This document shows positions 30,068-38,424 of a stretch of DNA of 64,000 nucleotides, piece after piece. The notes beneath the pieces were generated by a model, which did not search any database, was not told where the DNA came from, and worked only from the letters and a program-made list of their open reading frames with translations. The position numbers were made by a program, and so were the translations under genes. The stretch lies in assembly GCA_965648935.1 (NCBI GenBank), contig CBFGIY010000003.1:484-64483 (forward strand). Reading direction: 5' to 3'. Origin of the DNA: a candidate division WOR-3 bacterium. Its GTDB lineage: Bacteria; Hydrothermota; Tepidihabitantia; Tepidihabitantales; Tepidihabitantaceae. Position 1 is the first letter of the stretch. The number at the start of each line of letters is the position of its first letter.

Positions 30068-32895
30068 CGCGCACCCCCGCGCCGGCTGTCCACCGCCGTC
30101 TTCGTCTTGGCGGGCCTGGTTTTGGCCTTCCGCCCCCCGGCCTTCGGCTTCGGGCTTCTCGGCGATTCGATCGCCGCCTGCGCCGCGGCCAGCCGCGCGA
30201 TGGGCACGCGGAACGGGCTGCAGCTCACGTAGTCCATTCCGACTCGCCAGCAGAACTTCACCGACTCCGGGTCGCCGCCGTGCTCGCCGCAGATGCCGAC
30301 CTTCAGTCCGGGCCGGGCCGCGCGGCCGCGCTCGACCGCGGTCTGTATCAGCGCGCCCACCGCCTTCTGGTCAATCGTCTGGAACGGGTCGGCCGCCAGC
30401 AGCCGCTTTTCGAGGTACTCGGGCAGGAACCCGCCGATGTCGTCGCGGCTGAACCCGAAAGTCATCTGGGTCAGGTCATTGGTGCCGAAAGAGAAGAACT
30501 CGGCCGCGCGCGCCATCTCGTCGGCCAGCAGCGCGGCCCGCGGTATCTCGATCATCGTGCCGACAAGATGCGGGATGCGCCGGCGCCCGGCCCTGCGGCA
30601 GACCTCGTCGTGCACCCGCGCGATGATTGCGTTCTGGTGCTCCAGCTCTTTCGCATCGCAGGTCACCGGCACCATTATCTCCGGATCCGGGTGCTTGCCC
30701 TCGGCCAGCAGTTCCGCCGCCGCCTCGAAAATCGCCCGCGCCTGCATCTCGGTGACCTCGGGGTAGGTGATGCCCAGGCGCACCCCGCGGTGCCCCATCA
30801 TCGGGTTGGTCTCGCGCAGCTCGTCGCCGCGCCGGGCGACCTCCTCGGGCGTCACGCTCAGCGCCGCGGCCAGCGCCGCCTGCTTGTCCTCGGCCTGCGG
30901 CACGAACTCGTGCAGCGGCGGATCGAGCAGCCGGATGGTGACCGGCAAACCGTCCATCGCCTCGAGCGTGCCCTTGACCACGGCCTTCACGTGGCCGAAC
31001 AGCTCGTCGAGCGCGGCCCGCCGCTCCGCTTCGGTCTTGGAGAGAATCATCTTGCGCAGCAGGAACAGCGGCTGGTCACTGCCCTTGCCATAGAACATGT
31101 GCTCGGTGCGGAACAGCCCGATGCCGCCCGCCCCGAACCGCCGCGCGAGCGCCGCATCCGCGGGTGTCTCGGCATTGGTGCGCACAGTCATCCGGCGGTA
31201 CTTGTCGGCCAGCTTCATGAAGCCCTGGAACCGCGGCTGCTCGCTCGCGTCCATCGTCGCGAGCTGACCCGAGTACACCCGGCCGCGCGTGCCGTTCAGG
31301 CTCAGCCAGTCGCCCTCGGCGACCGTCCGGCCGCCGATAACCAGCGCCTTCGCGCCGGCGTCGACCTTGGCGTTCTTCGCCCCGACGATGCAGCACTTGC
31401 CCCAGCCGCGCGCCACGAGCGCCGCGTGCGAGGTCATCCCGCCGCGCGCGGTGAGAATCCCGGCCGCGGCCCGCATCCCGTCGATGTCCTCGGGACTGGT
31501 CTCCTCGCGCACGAGAATCACCTTCTCCCCGCGCCGCGCCCACTCGACCGCGTCGGCCGCCGTGAACACGGCCTGGCCCACCGCCCCGCCCGGCCCGGCC
31601 GGCAGGCCCTCGCCCAGCAGCGTCGCGCCCTTCTCCGCGGCCGGGTCGAGAATCGGGTGCAGCAGCTCGTCGAGCTGGGCCGGCTTGACCCGCAACACCG
31701 CGGTCCGCTCGTCGATGAGCTTCTCTTTGAGCATGTCCATCGCGACGTTCATCGCCGCGACCCCGGTGCGCTTGCCGGTGCGCGTCTGGAGCATGTACAG
31801 CCTGCCGTTCTCGATCGTGAACTCGAGGTCCTGCATGTCGCGGAAATGCTTCTCCAGCCGGCGCCGGTACCGGTCGAGCTCGGCGTAGAGCTCGGGCATC
31901 GCCTCCTCGAGACTCTCCATCGTCTCGTTGCTCGAGTTGCGGCTCGCGCGGTTCAGCGGGTTGGGCGTGCGGATACCCGCGACCACGTCCTCGCCCTGCG
32001 CATTGCGCAGCCACTCGCCGTAGAACTGCGCGGCGCCGGTCGCCGGGTTGCGCGTGAACGCCACCCCGGTCGCCGAGGTCTCGCCCAGGTTGCCGAACAC
32101 CATCGCCTGCACGTTCACCGCGGTGCCCCAGTCGTCGGGCAGCCCCTCGATGCGCCGGTAGCTCACCGCGCGCCTGCCGTTCCAGCTCGCGAACACCGCG
32201 CGGATGCTTCCCCAGAGCTGCTCTCTGGGGTCCTCGGGGAACGGCCGGCCGAAAACCTCGGCGATGCGCGACTTGAACGCGGCGCACAGCCCCTTCAGGT
32301 CCTCGGCGGTCAGCTCGGCGTCGGTCCGGCGGCCCGTGCGCTCCTTGACGCCGTTCATCAGCGCCTCGAGCTGGGCGCGGATGCCCCGGCCCTCTTCCGG
32401 CTCGATGCCCTCGGCCTTCTCCATCACCACGTCGGCGTACATCATCAGGAGCCGCCGGTACGCATCGTAGGCAAACCGCTCGTCCCCGGTCATCGCCGCC
32501 AGCCCGGGCAGGGTCCGCTCGCACAACCCGATGTTGAGCACGGTCTCCATCATCCCGGGCATCGAAGCGCGCGCCCCGGACCGGCAGGACAGAAGCAGCG
32601 GCGATTTCGGGTCGCCGAACCGCCGGCCCATCGCCGCCTCGATGAACTCGATTCCCCGCCTGACCTCCTCGGTCAGGCCCGGCGGGTACTTGCCGGTTCT
32701 CATGTAGTACACGCACGCGGCGGTCGTGATGGTGATGCCGGCCGGCACCGGCAGGCCGAGCCGGGCCATCTCGGCCAGGTTCGCGCCCTTGCCGCCCAGG
32801 AGGTCGCGCATCTCGGCCGAGCCGTCGGCCTTGCCGCGCCCGAAACGATACACGGACTTCACGGTCGGAGTCCTCTTCTTGATTGCGGGTTTCAT
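30064..32895 (-). CDS. ppdK: pyruvate, phosphate dikinase
   Basis: 943 aa. N-terminus MK...SVYRFG..GGKGANLAEMARLGLPVPAGITITT, PEP-utilizing central His domain and C-terminal TIM barrel. Extra C-terminal K/P-rich tail (...SPRSPKPKAGGRKAKTRPAKTKTAV...). Overlaps pckA by 4 nt. Confidence 0.9.
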   Translation of the reverse strand: MKPAIKKRTPTVKSVYRFGRGKADGSAEMRDLLGGKGANLAEMARLGLPVPAGITITTAACVYYMRTGKYPPGLTEEVRRGIEFIEAAMGRRFGDPKSPLLLSCRSGARASMPGMMETVLNIGLCERTLPGLAAMTGDERFAYDAYRRLLMMYADVVMEKAEGIEPEEGRGIRAQLEALMNGVKERTGRRTDAELTAEDLKGLCAAFKSRIAEVFGRPFPEDPREQLWGSIRAVFASWNGRRAVSYRRIEGLPDDWGTAVNVQAMVFGNLGETSATGVAFTRNPATGAAQFYGEWLRNAQGEDVVAGIRTPNPLNRASRNSSNETMESLEEAMPELYAELDRYRRRLEKHFRDMQDLEFTIENGRLYMLQTRTGKRTGVAAMNVAMDMLKEKLIDERTAVLRVKPAQLDELLHPILDPAAEKGATLLGEGLPAGPGGAVGQAVFTAADAVEWARRGEKVILVREETSPEDIDGMRAAAGILTARGGMTSHAALVARGWGKCCIVGAKNAKVDAGAKALVIGGRTVAEGDWLSLNGTRGRVYSGQLATMDASEQPRFQGFMKLADKYRRMTVRTNAETPADAALARRFGAGGIGLFRTEHMFYGKGSDQPLFLLRKMILSKTEAERRAALDELFGHVKAVVKGTLEAMDGLPVTIRLLDPPLHEFVPQAEDKQAALAAALSVTPEEVARRGDELRETNPMMGHRGVRLGITYPEVTEMQARAIFEAAAELLAEGKHPDPEIMVPVTCDAKELEHQNAIIARVHDEVCRRAGRRRIPHLVGTMIEIPRAALLADEMARAAEFFSFGTNDLTQMTFGFSRDDIGGFLPEYLEKRLLAADPFQTIDQKAVGALIQTAVERGRAARPGLKVGICGEHGGDPESVKFCWRVGMDYVSCSPFRVPIARLAAAQAAIESPRSPKPKAGGRKAKTRPAKTKTAVDSRRGGAR
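30111..30155. repeat. degenerate GC-shifted copy of the repeat forming the ppdK C-terminal tail
   Basis: GGTTTTGGCCTTCCGCCCCCCGGCCTTCGGCTTCGGGCTTC. Encodes PKPKAGGRKAKTRPAK. Confidence 0.4.
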
Positions 32896-33099
32896 ATATC
32901 TCCCGGACCTCCTGTCCGGCTGCCGGCGGCTTGCGGCCGGCAGTTGGGTAGTCGGCCCGTCGCTCGACGGTCAGGCCCTGCTGGGCCCGCTCTCACTCAG
33001 TCTGTTCGAAGCCAGCCCTCGTGTCGTGTCTGGCCGGCGCCTTCTGCCCGCGGCCGATGCCCGCCGGGCGGCGCGTCAATATCCTGCGCTTGTTGAGCG

Positions 33100-33366
33100 T
33101 TACTGCTGCGGCGGCTCTGTGCCGTCGTCGGGCGGCTGGGCCTCCTGCTCGGCCAGGAAACCGTCAAGCAGCTCCCTGGCCCGGTCCCAGTCCGCCTCCT
33201 CGACCAGCACCTCGCCCCACACCGGCCGCATCATACGGGCAAGCCCGTCATAGGCCGGTATCTGGAACGAATGCACCAATGCCGGGATGCCGTTCTGCTC
33301 GAACAGGTCACGGACCGTGTTCGCCATGAACTCATCGGACGGCCGGTACACAGCTTTTAGCGCCAC
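33100..33366 (-). CDS. small DUF2007-like (putative signal-transducing) protein
   Basis: 88 aa, MALKAVYRPSDEFMANTVRDLFEQNGIPALV... Compositionally normal. Divergent from the 33480 gene. Confidence 0.45.
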   Translation of the reverse strand: MALKAVYRPSDEFMANTVRDLFEQNGIPALVHSFQIPAYDGLARMMRPVWGEVLVEEADWDRARELLDGFLAEQEAQPPDDGTEPPQQ

Positions 33367-33479
33367 GGACTGCCATTATAGCCTAACTGCCCGCAAAGTC
33401 AAAGCCTACGGCCAATCGCCGGCTGAATCCCCCGGCCCGCCACCGAGTCCAATAGGGCTCGGAATTCTACGAACAGGAG

Positions 33480-33890
33480 ATGAACATGTTTCGCTTACGG
33501 AGTTACTCAGCCAGCTTCGCTCTATTGCTTGTGGCAGCGGCCCTTGCCGGTCTGGCAACGCCGGCCCTCGCGCGCCGCGGCGCCGACGACTACTACCCGC
33601 ACAACCGCAGCGGCAGCGGTGTCTTCTTCGCCCGTGACCTCGAGACCGGCCGGTGGCGCTGGTTCACCTGGACCGAGACTCAGGGGTTGCGCTACCGCGC
33701 TGCCGGCGGCAGCGTTCACTGGTATGCCGTGCCGCACGGCCCGCGCCGCTCAAGCTCGGAATGGCACGACCGCTACGACGACAGCCGGAGCCGCAGCCGT
33801 GACGATGACAACCGCCGCGGGCGCGACCGCGGCTACGACGACAACCCGGGCCAGAGCAATCGCCGGGGCCGGGGCCGCGGCCGACGCTGA
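33480..33890 (+). CDS. small secreted protein with Arg/Asp/Ser-rich C-terminal tail
   Basis: AGGAGA RBS 5 nt before the ATG. Signal peptide MNMFRLRSYSASFALLLVAAALAGLATPALA. C-terminus SRSRSRDDDNRRGRDRGYDDNPGQSNRRGRGRGRR. Confidence 0.55.
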   Translation: MNMFRLRSYSASFALLLVAAALAGLATPALARRGADDYYPHNRSGSGVFFARDLETGRWRWFTWTETQGLRYRAAGGSVHWYAVPHGPRRSSSEWHDRYDDSRSRSRDDDNRRGRDRGYDDNPGQSNRRGRGRGRR

Positions 33891-33966
33891 ACCCGGTCCA
33901 TCAGAAGCGCAGGGGCGGCCTCACGCCGCCCCTGCCCATATCACGCGGCCCGGCTCGGCCCGACCG

Positions 33967-35970
33967 CTACATCGTCTCACCCTTTTTCTTAAGCAGGTGC
34001 TCGAGATTGCCACGCACTATTCTCGTACTCGGATGGTCGACACCCAAGGCCTTCTCCACTATCTCCAGCGCGCGACGGTACAGCGGCTCCGCCTCAGCAT
34101 ACCTGCTCTGCGCATAGAGCAGCCCCGCAAGGTTGTTCAGGCCAGTGGCGATTGACGGATGGCCCTCAGGAAGTGCCTTCTCGTCTATCTCCAGCGCGCG
34201 ACGGTACAGCGGCTCCGCCTCAGTATACTTGCCCTGGAACGCAAGCAGCCCCGCAAGGTTGTTCAGGCTGGTGGCGATGTCGGGATGGCCCTCAGGCAAG
34301 GCCTTCTCGCGCATCTCCAGCGCGCGACGGTACAGCGGCTCCGCCTCAGTATACTTGCCCTGGGACTCAAGCAGCCCCGCAAGGTTGTTCAGGCACGACG
34401 CCACCTTGGGGTCACTTGGGCCAAGTTCCGATTCGAGTGACGCGGCAAGCTCACGATACTGCGGGAGAACCTCGCCCCACAGAGCCGCATCAGTGAACCG
34501 CCGCGCGGGCTTCCAGTACCAGTTGTACAACTCGTTCGCAGTAAGCACAGCCTTGCCGTGATGGAACGCCTCGACCAGCGCCGCGGCGTGGACAGGGGTG
34601 ATGTTCTTCACATCAAGGTCCTGCACCTGTGCCGAGTAGCGGTCAAAGAGCCATCGATGCACCCGCCGCACCAACTCGGACTCGGTGTACGCCAACAGCG
34701 ACTCGCGCATCAACTGGTGCATCGTGTAACTGCCGGGAAGCGCGCCCTCATTGATAAACGAGAACCGGCACAAGCGGTCAAACGCTGTTACCGGGTAGCC
34801 GGTCCGAAACTCCGTCAGCAGGAGTTTGAACAGGTCGCGGTCAAAGAACCGCGGCACTGCCAGCACTTTCAGGGTCTCGCTCTCGACATCACCCAAGTGG
34901 CGCAGGAATCGCACGAACAACTCGCGTGGCTGTTCGCCGAAGTCTTCCGGACCGGGCGTCCCGCCCGCGGCGGCAATCTCCTCATAGGTGTCCACGGCGA
35001 GGTCGAGGTAGAATGGCACGCCCTTACTGCCGGCAATGATGGCCCTGCGAACACTCGCGTCGGGCACGCCGCAGGACTGCAGGAACCGGTCGCAGTCGGC
35101 TTCTGCCAGGCCGCCGACGAGATGTTGGCTCAGGCACCCGCGCCAGTCGGAGTCTGCCTCGTCCCAGCGCAGCTTCTCGCGGCCACAGATTACCCACAGC
35201 GCCTCGGGCAGTTGCGCCACCAGCTCCCGCACCCACGCCTCAAGCTCGTGCACCCTCCCCTCGGCCCGTTCTGCCTGGACCAGTGCCTCGAATGTGTCGA
35301 TGCACACGACCGCGGTGCCGCCTGCCTTCTCCAGATGCTCCCGAACGTCTGCGGCCCAGAACGCCGGTAGCCACTCCCGCACCTCGGCCGGCTCCTTCAT
35401 CCTGCACAGCGCGGCCAGTTCGCTCTGCCCGCGCTTCGTCAGCCACTCCACCAGCTTCGCCTCGCCCTTGGCGTACGCCCTGGCCAGCGCCGGCAGCAGC
35501 CCCACGATTGGCACGCTGGTGAGAATCGAAGCCGCATTGGCAACCAGCGAGCTCTCGTCGTAGAAAGGAATCGTCGCCGCGCTCATCGGCGTGGTTGGCC
35601 GGGCCAGCTTCCAGTACACGGCGTACGCTATGTCGAACCGACGGAAGTCCACCCCGTGCTCCCGGCCGAGTGACTGCCTGAGTGATGCGAGCGCCGCGTC
35701 GGGTTCGCGCAGCGATGGCTCCGCGAAGTCAAGCACCGCCATCGGCAGCTCGGGCTGTGCCGCGGCCAGCCCCTGCATCAGCTCCTTGCGCAGTCGGGTC
35801 TTGCCGATGCCGCCGATGCCGTACAGCACGAAGACGCGCTGTTCTTTCGGATTGCTGACCTTCTCGGCCAGCGCGACCTTGAAAGCGGCAAGAAATGACT
35901 CGCGGTCGGTGAACTGGCGCGCGGCGACCGGACGGTCGCCGCAGAGTTGGTGCTTCGGCTTAGGCGGCAT
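33967..35970 (-). CDS. STAND-class P-loop NTPase (NB-ARC/AAA-like) fused to TPR (TPR_10/12-type) repeats
   Basis: 667 aa. Walker A VLYGIGGIGKTRL near the N-terminus, Walker B-like VVCIDTFEA, helical arm, then at least five 42-aa TPR units (NNLAGLL..QGKYTEAEPLYRRALEI.EKALG..HP). AAAGGAG RBS 8 nt before the ATG. Confidence 0.8.
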   Translation of the reverse strand: MPPKPKHQLCGDRPVAARQFTDRESFLAAFKVALAEKVSNPKEQRVFVLYGIGGIGKTRLRKELMQGLAAAQPELPMAVLDFAEPSLREPDAALASLRQSLGREHGVDFRRFDIAYAVYWKLARPTTPMSAATIPFYDESSLVANAASILTSVPIVGLLPALARAYAKGEAKLVEWLTKRGQSELAALCRMKEPAEVREWLPAFWAADVREHLEKAGGTAVVCIDTFEALVQAERAEGRVHELEAWVRELVAQLPEALWVICGREKLRWDEADSDWRGCLSQHLVGGLAEADCDRFLQSCGVPDASVRRAIIAGSKGVPFYLDLAVDTYEEIAAAGGTPGPEDFGEQPRELFVRFLRHLGDVESETLKVLAVPRFFDRDLFKLLLTEFRTGYPVTAFDRLCRFSFINEGALPGSYTMHQLMRESLLAYTESELVRRVHRWLFDRYSAQVQDLDVKNITPVHAAALVEAFHHGKAVLTANELYNWYWKPARRFTDAALWGEVLPQYRELAASLESELGPSDPKVASCLNNLAGLLESQGKYTEAEPLYRRALEMREKALPEGHPDIATSLNNLAGLLAFQGKYTEAEPLYRRALEIDEKALPEGHPSIATGLNNLAGLLYAQSRYAEAEPLYRRALEIVEKALGVDHPSTRIVRGNLEHLLKKKGETM
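34040..34430. repeat. three near-identical 126-bp tandem units (TPR-coding) inside the STAND NTPase gene
   Basis: ...CTCCAGCGCGCGACGGTACAGCGGCTCCGCCTCAG(C/T)ATAC(C/T)TGC... recurs at about 34060, 34186 and 34312 with more than 90% identity. Confidence 0.6.
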
Positions 35971-35988
35971 ACCCTATACTCCTTTCTG

Positions 35989-36018
35989 CGAACCCGGCAA
36001 TCTAACCCGCACCGCAGC
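35989..36018 (-). promoter_or_regulatory. candidate sigma70-type promoter of the STAND NTPase gene
   Basis: Minus strand TTGACA (36013-36018), 18-nt spacer, TAGATT (35989-35994), about 20 nt upstream of the AAAGGAG RBS. Confidence 0.4.
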
Positions 36019-36640
36019 CCGTGTCAAACCTGCCCGGCTTGGGCACGGCGACCCAAGACCGAGGTCGGCGTTTCCCCGACTGCGCGCTCTTCGGCCCTGG
36101 CGGCCACGGCAAGGGCGGATTCGGCGGCCGGGTATTCGACAGCTCAGTCTGGCGGCGGGCAAGGTCGGCAGGGTTGCAGTCTTCAGAGCTACAGACAGAC
36201 CGAGTAGTCGGGCAAGTGGCCGGGTTCGGGCCGCGGGTGCGGCATCGCGAAGGGCTTGCGGGACGGCAGGAAGAGCGGCTTCTGAGGCGGTTCCGAGGAC
36301 CGCTTTGAGAACCATCTTGGAAGCGGCTTGCCGAATGGGTCGGCAGAGGGCGGCGCAGGCGGATTGCGCTGCGGCTCGACCGAGGGACCTTGCGGCGGAC
36401 CGTCAAACGCAATGCAGACCGAAGGTCGAGACGGCGTGACACAGGAGCCGACAAAAGATGACTCTGGCGGCGACTGAAGCGGTCTGTGAGTGCGCCGCCG
36501 AAGCGACCCTGACAAGGCCCCGGCAGAGGGCTTGGGAGACCGCCCCGGGGGCGGGGGAGTCTTGGACCGCTCCGGCCAGTCCGCTGGACGCAACTCGATG
36601 CCCGTCCGGTGGTTGCGCCCCCGCCCCGACCGAAGGCCCA

Positions 36641-36658
36641 CTATAACCAAGGTTATAG
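36641..36658. promoter_or_regulatory. perfect 18-bp palindrome CTATAACCAAGGTTATAG in a long non-coding gap
   Basis: 8-bp arms with a 2-bp spacer. Locally AT-richer. 100 nt downstream of the HEPN stop. Confidence 0.3.
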
Positions 36659-36759
36659 CAGTCCACCAACACAAGTCGCATCAATAGCCACACCAGGACC
36701 GGCCCGGAGGCGTTGTCGATCTACGATTGTCGATTGAGGGACAGAAGGCGAGACGGCGG

Positions 36760-37167
36760 TCAGACGATTGGCTTGCGGTCCAGGTACTCCTGCACCTGCG
36801 CGACAAACCGCTCTGCTTTGGCCAACAACTCGCCGGCCTCGTCCCTGCCCGTCGGCCTGACCGGTTCGTAGTCGGCCTGCTGACGCTTGTCGAACAACTC
36901 GTGCAGGACACGCGACGCGTCGACCGGGAACCGGCCAGAATGCACGAAGTCTCGGTCGAACAAGCTGATGACCCCGGCGTGCTTGGACGCGCCTTGGCCG
37001 GTCGACTGCAGCAGGCCGAGCACGGCGTAGAACATCGCGTAGTACGCCCGGTTGACCACGCTCCTCGGCGTCCGGTTGGCATCGAGCAGGGCGCGAGCAT
37101 CGGCCAGCGTCTCCCTGGCCTGCTCCAATCTCAGCCTGACAAGCTCGGCGGTGAAATCCGGCTTCAT
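36760..37167 (-). CDS. HEPN-domain protein (toxin of HEPN/MNT pair)
   Basis: 135 aa from the internal ATG (MKPDFTAELVRLRLEQARETLADARALL...). Overlaps the upstream MNT gene by 4 nt. Upstream ORF-track residues are junk. Confidence 0.7.
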   Translation of the reverse strand: MKPDFTAELVRLRLEQARETLADARALLDANRTPRSVVNRAYYAMFYAVLGLLQSTGQGASKHAGVISLFDRDFVHSGRFPVDASRVLHELFDKRQQADYEPVRPTGRDEAGELLAKAERFVAQVQEYLDRKPIV

Positions 37168-37484
37168 ACCGCGATGCCGTCGCGCCGGACGGCCAGCGCG
37201 AGGGAGGAAGCGCTCAGCAGCCCGTCGTCCCACTCCTCGCGGGACACGATGAGCGCGAAGATGACGACCCCGCTCTCGAACCCGAGCTGCCACGCACACT
37301 CGCGCACGTAGTCTTCGGCCGCGCGCGACACCGGCCCCTCAAGCACGACCAGCACATCGAGGTCCGAGTCCGGCTCGCTGTCGCCCCGCGCGCGGGAACC
37401 GAAGAGCACGACCCGTTCAAGCGGCAGGCGCTCGGCCACCCTGACCTTGAGTTGTTCCAGCAGCACCCGGTCCTTTGGATTCAC
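37164..37484 (-). CDS. minimal nucleotidyltransferase (MNT antitoxin)
   Basis: GTG start (VNPKDRVLLEQLK...). LFGSRARGDSEPDSDLDVLVV is the GS-x9-13-DxD pol-beta nucleotidyltransferase motif. Preceded by a TTGACC-17-TATAGT promoter whose -10 lies 6 nt from the start (leaderless). Confidence 0.75.
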   Translation of the reverse strand: MNPKDRVLLEQLKVRVAERLPLERVVLFGSRARGDSEPDSDLDVLVVLEGPVSRAAEDYVRECAWQLGFESGVVIFALIVSREEWDDGLLSASSLALAVRRDGIAV

Positions 37485-37490
37485 GTATTG

Positions 37491-37519
37491 ACTATATGTG
37501 CTGTGACCGAGCAGGTCAA
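37491..37519 (-). promoter_or_regulatory. candidate promoter of the MNT-HEPN operon (leaderless transcript)
   Basis: Minus strand TTGACC (37514-37519), 17-nt spacer, TATAGT (37491-37496). The -10 ends 6 nt before the GTG start at 37484, with no SD sequence. Confidence 0.45.
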
Positions 37520-37599
37520 GACTGCAATCCCAAGTTGCGCTCTCGTACCCGACACTCGGTCTCTCGACCCCTCGGCCACTTCCTGGCTTCTGCTCTCCC

Positions 37600-37754
37600 C
37601 TTCGTGTCTCTGGTGGCTTTGTGGTAGGTCTGACCGCGCGGAAATCCTGGGACAGCCCCAGTGCGCCAGGAGGGCACCAGCCTGCGGGACAGTCCCGGAT
37701 TTCCGCAGCAAACCCGAGGCTTCGTGTCTTTGGTGCTTTGTGGTTGACCCGCGC
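37600..37754. repeat. pair of about 35-40 nt direct repeats flanking an imperfect 19-bp inverted repeat, between the MNT start and the SHOCT-like gene
   Basis: DR1 37600-37640 CTTCGTGTCTCTGGTGGCTTTGTGGTAGGTCTGACCGCGC. DR2 37720-37754 CTTCGTGTCTTTGGTGCTTTGTGGTTGACCCGCGC. IR arms GCGGAAATCCTGGGACAGC (37638-37656) and GGGACAGTCCCGGATTTCCGC (37685-37705). Confidence 0.5.
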
Positions 37755-37764
37755 CGGCAAAGCG

Positions 37765-37788
37765 GCAGGGGCGGTTGCCCGCCCCTGC
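37765..37788 (-). terminator. GC hairpin downstream of the SHOCT-like gene (possible terminator)
   Basis: GCAGGGGCGG-ttgc-CCGCCCCTGC perfect 10-bp inverted repeat about 20 nt after the stop at 37808. Only a weak U-tract follows on the minus strand (cgcTTTg). Confidence 0.35.
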
Positions 37789-37807
37789 GTGAATCGGCCG
37801 CTCCGGC

Positions 37808-38170
37808 CTACTCGAGCCAGACCTCGACATGCTCGCCCTTGTCCTCGTCGTCAACGTCCACTATCTTGCCGGTCAGACCTTTCTCCAGCGCGTCGGAGAC
37901 CAGCTTGAAGTCAATCTCGTGCTCTTCGATTTTGGCCTTGGCCTCGCGCGGCGCCATCTTCATCCCCCAGCGGACCAGTGCCATCGGCACGGTGATGTTG
38001 ACCCGGGTCTTGCCCGACTCCTTGTCCACGACTTTGAGCTTGATGAACCGGTTGCGCCCGGCCGGCGACTCGGAACTGGCCACGGCCGAGAGCAGCCGCT
38101 CGGCCTCTTCCGCGGTTATCTTCTTCTCTTCGAGCAGTCGGAGTATGCGCAGCTTGTCGTCTTCCATCAC
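37808..38170 (-). CDS. SHOCT-like domain protein (soluble; DUF4098/YvlB N-terminal-like)
   Basis: 120 aa. N-terminal KLRILRLLEEKKITAEEAERLL (SHOCT-type helix-turn motif). Same N-terminal motif as the DUF4097 protein upstream. Confidence 0.55.
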   Translation of the reverse strand: MMEDDKLRILRLLEEKKITAEEAERLLSAVASSESPAGRNRFIKLKVVDKESGKTRVNITVPMALVRWGMKMAPREAKAKIEEHEIDFKLVSDALEKGLTGKIVDVDDEDKGEHVEVWLE

Positions 38171-38424
38171 AGGCTCCCTTTGATGCGGATTATCGCGGTC
38201 TCGGCGTCGATGCGGCCGCTCTCAAGGTCGTCAAGCACCGCCTTGCGCCGGCGCGGCCGGCGCGCGTCCCGGACGATGCGCCGGGCAATGCGCCACACCC
38301 CGAACGCGACCAGCAACAGCGGCCAGTCGCGGCCGAACTCGCAGTACGGCACGCCGAGCGCCGAGAGCCACAGCCACGCGCCCAGCAGCACCAGCACGAC
38401 GCCCCAGCCGATGACGTGTCTCAT
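38167..38424 (-). CDS. small membrane protein with C-terminal SHOCT-like motif (LiaF/LiaI-like TM region)
   Basis: 85 aa from the internal ATG. Two TM helices (GWGVVLVLLGAWLWL; DWPLLLVAFGVW). C-terminal LDDLESGRIDAETAIIRIKG. ATGA overlap with the upstream gene. Confidence 0.5.
   Translation of the reverse strand: MRHVIGWGVVLVLLGAWLWLSALGVPYCEFGRDWPLLLVAFGVWRIARRIVRDARRPRRRKAVLDDLESGRIDAETAIIRIKGSL

Noticed and set aside
28220-33096. Long + strand ORFs (670 aa, 938 aa) and a 546-aa minus ORF across pckA/ppdK
   Set aside because: Antisense or alternative frames of two unmistakable metabolic genes.
36002-36674. ORFs 36002..36454 (-) and 36189..36674 (-) in the non-coding gap
   Set aside because: Pro/Arg/Ser-rich low-complexity translations with no start context. 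Treated as non-coding, but see the gap finding.
37590-37790. CRISPR array
   Set aside because: Only two direct repeats of unequal length with an inverted repeat between them. No third unit, no cas genes in the window.
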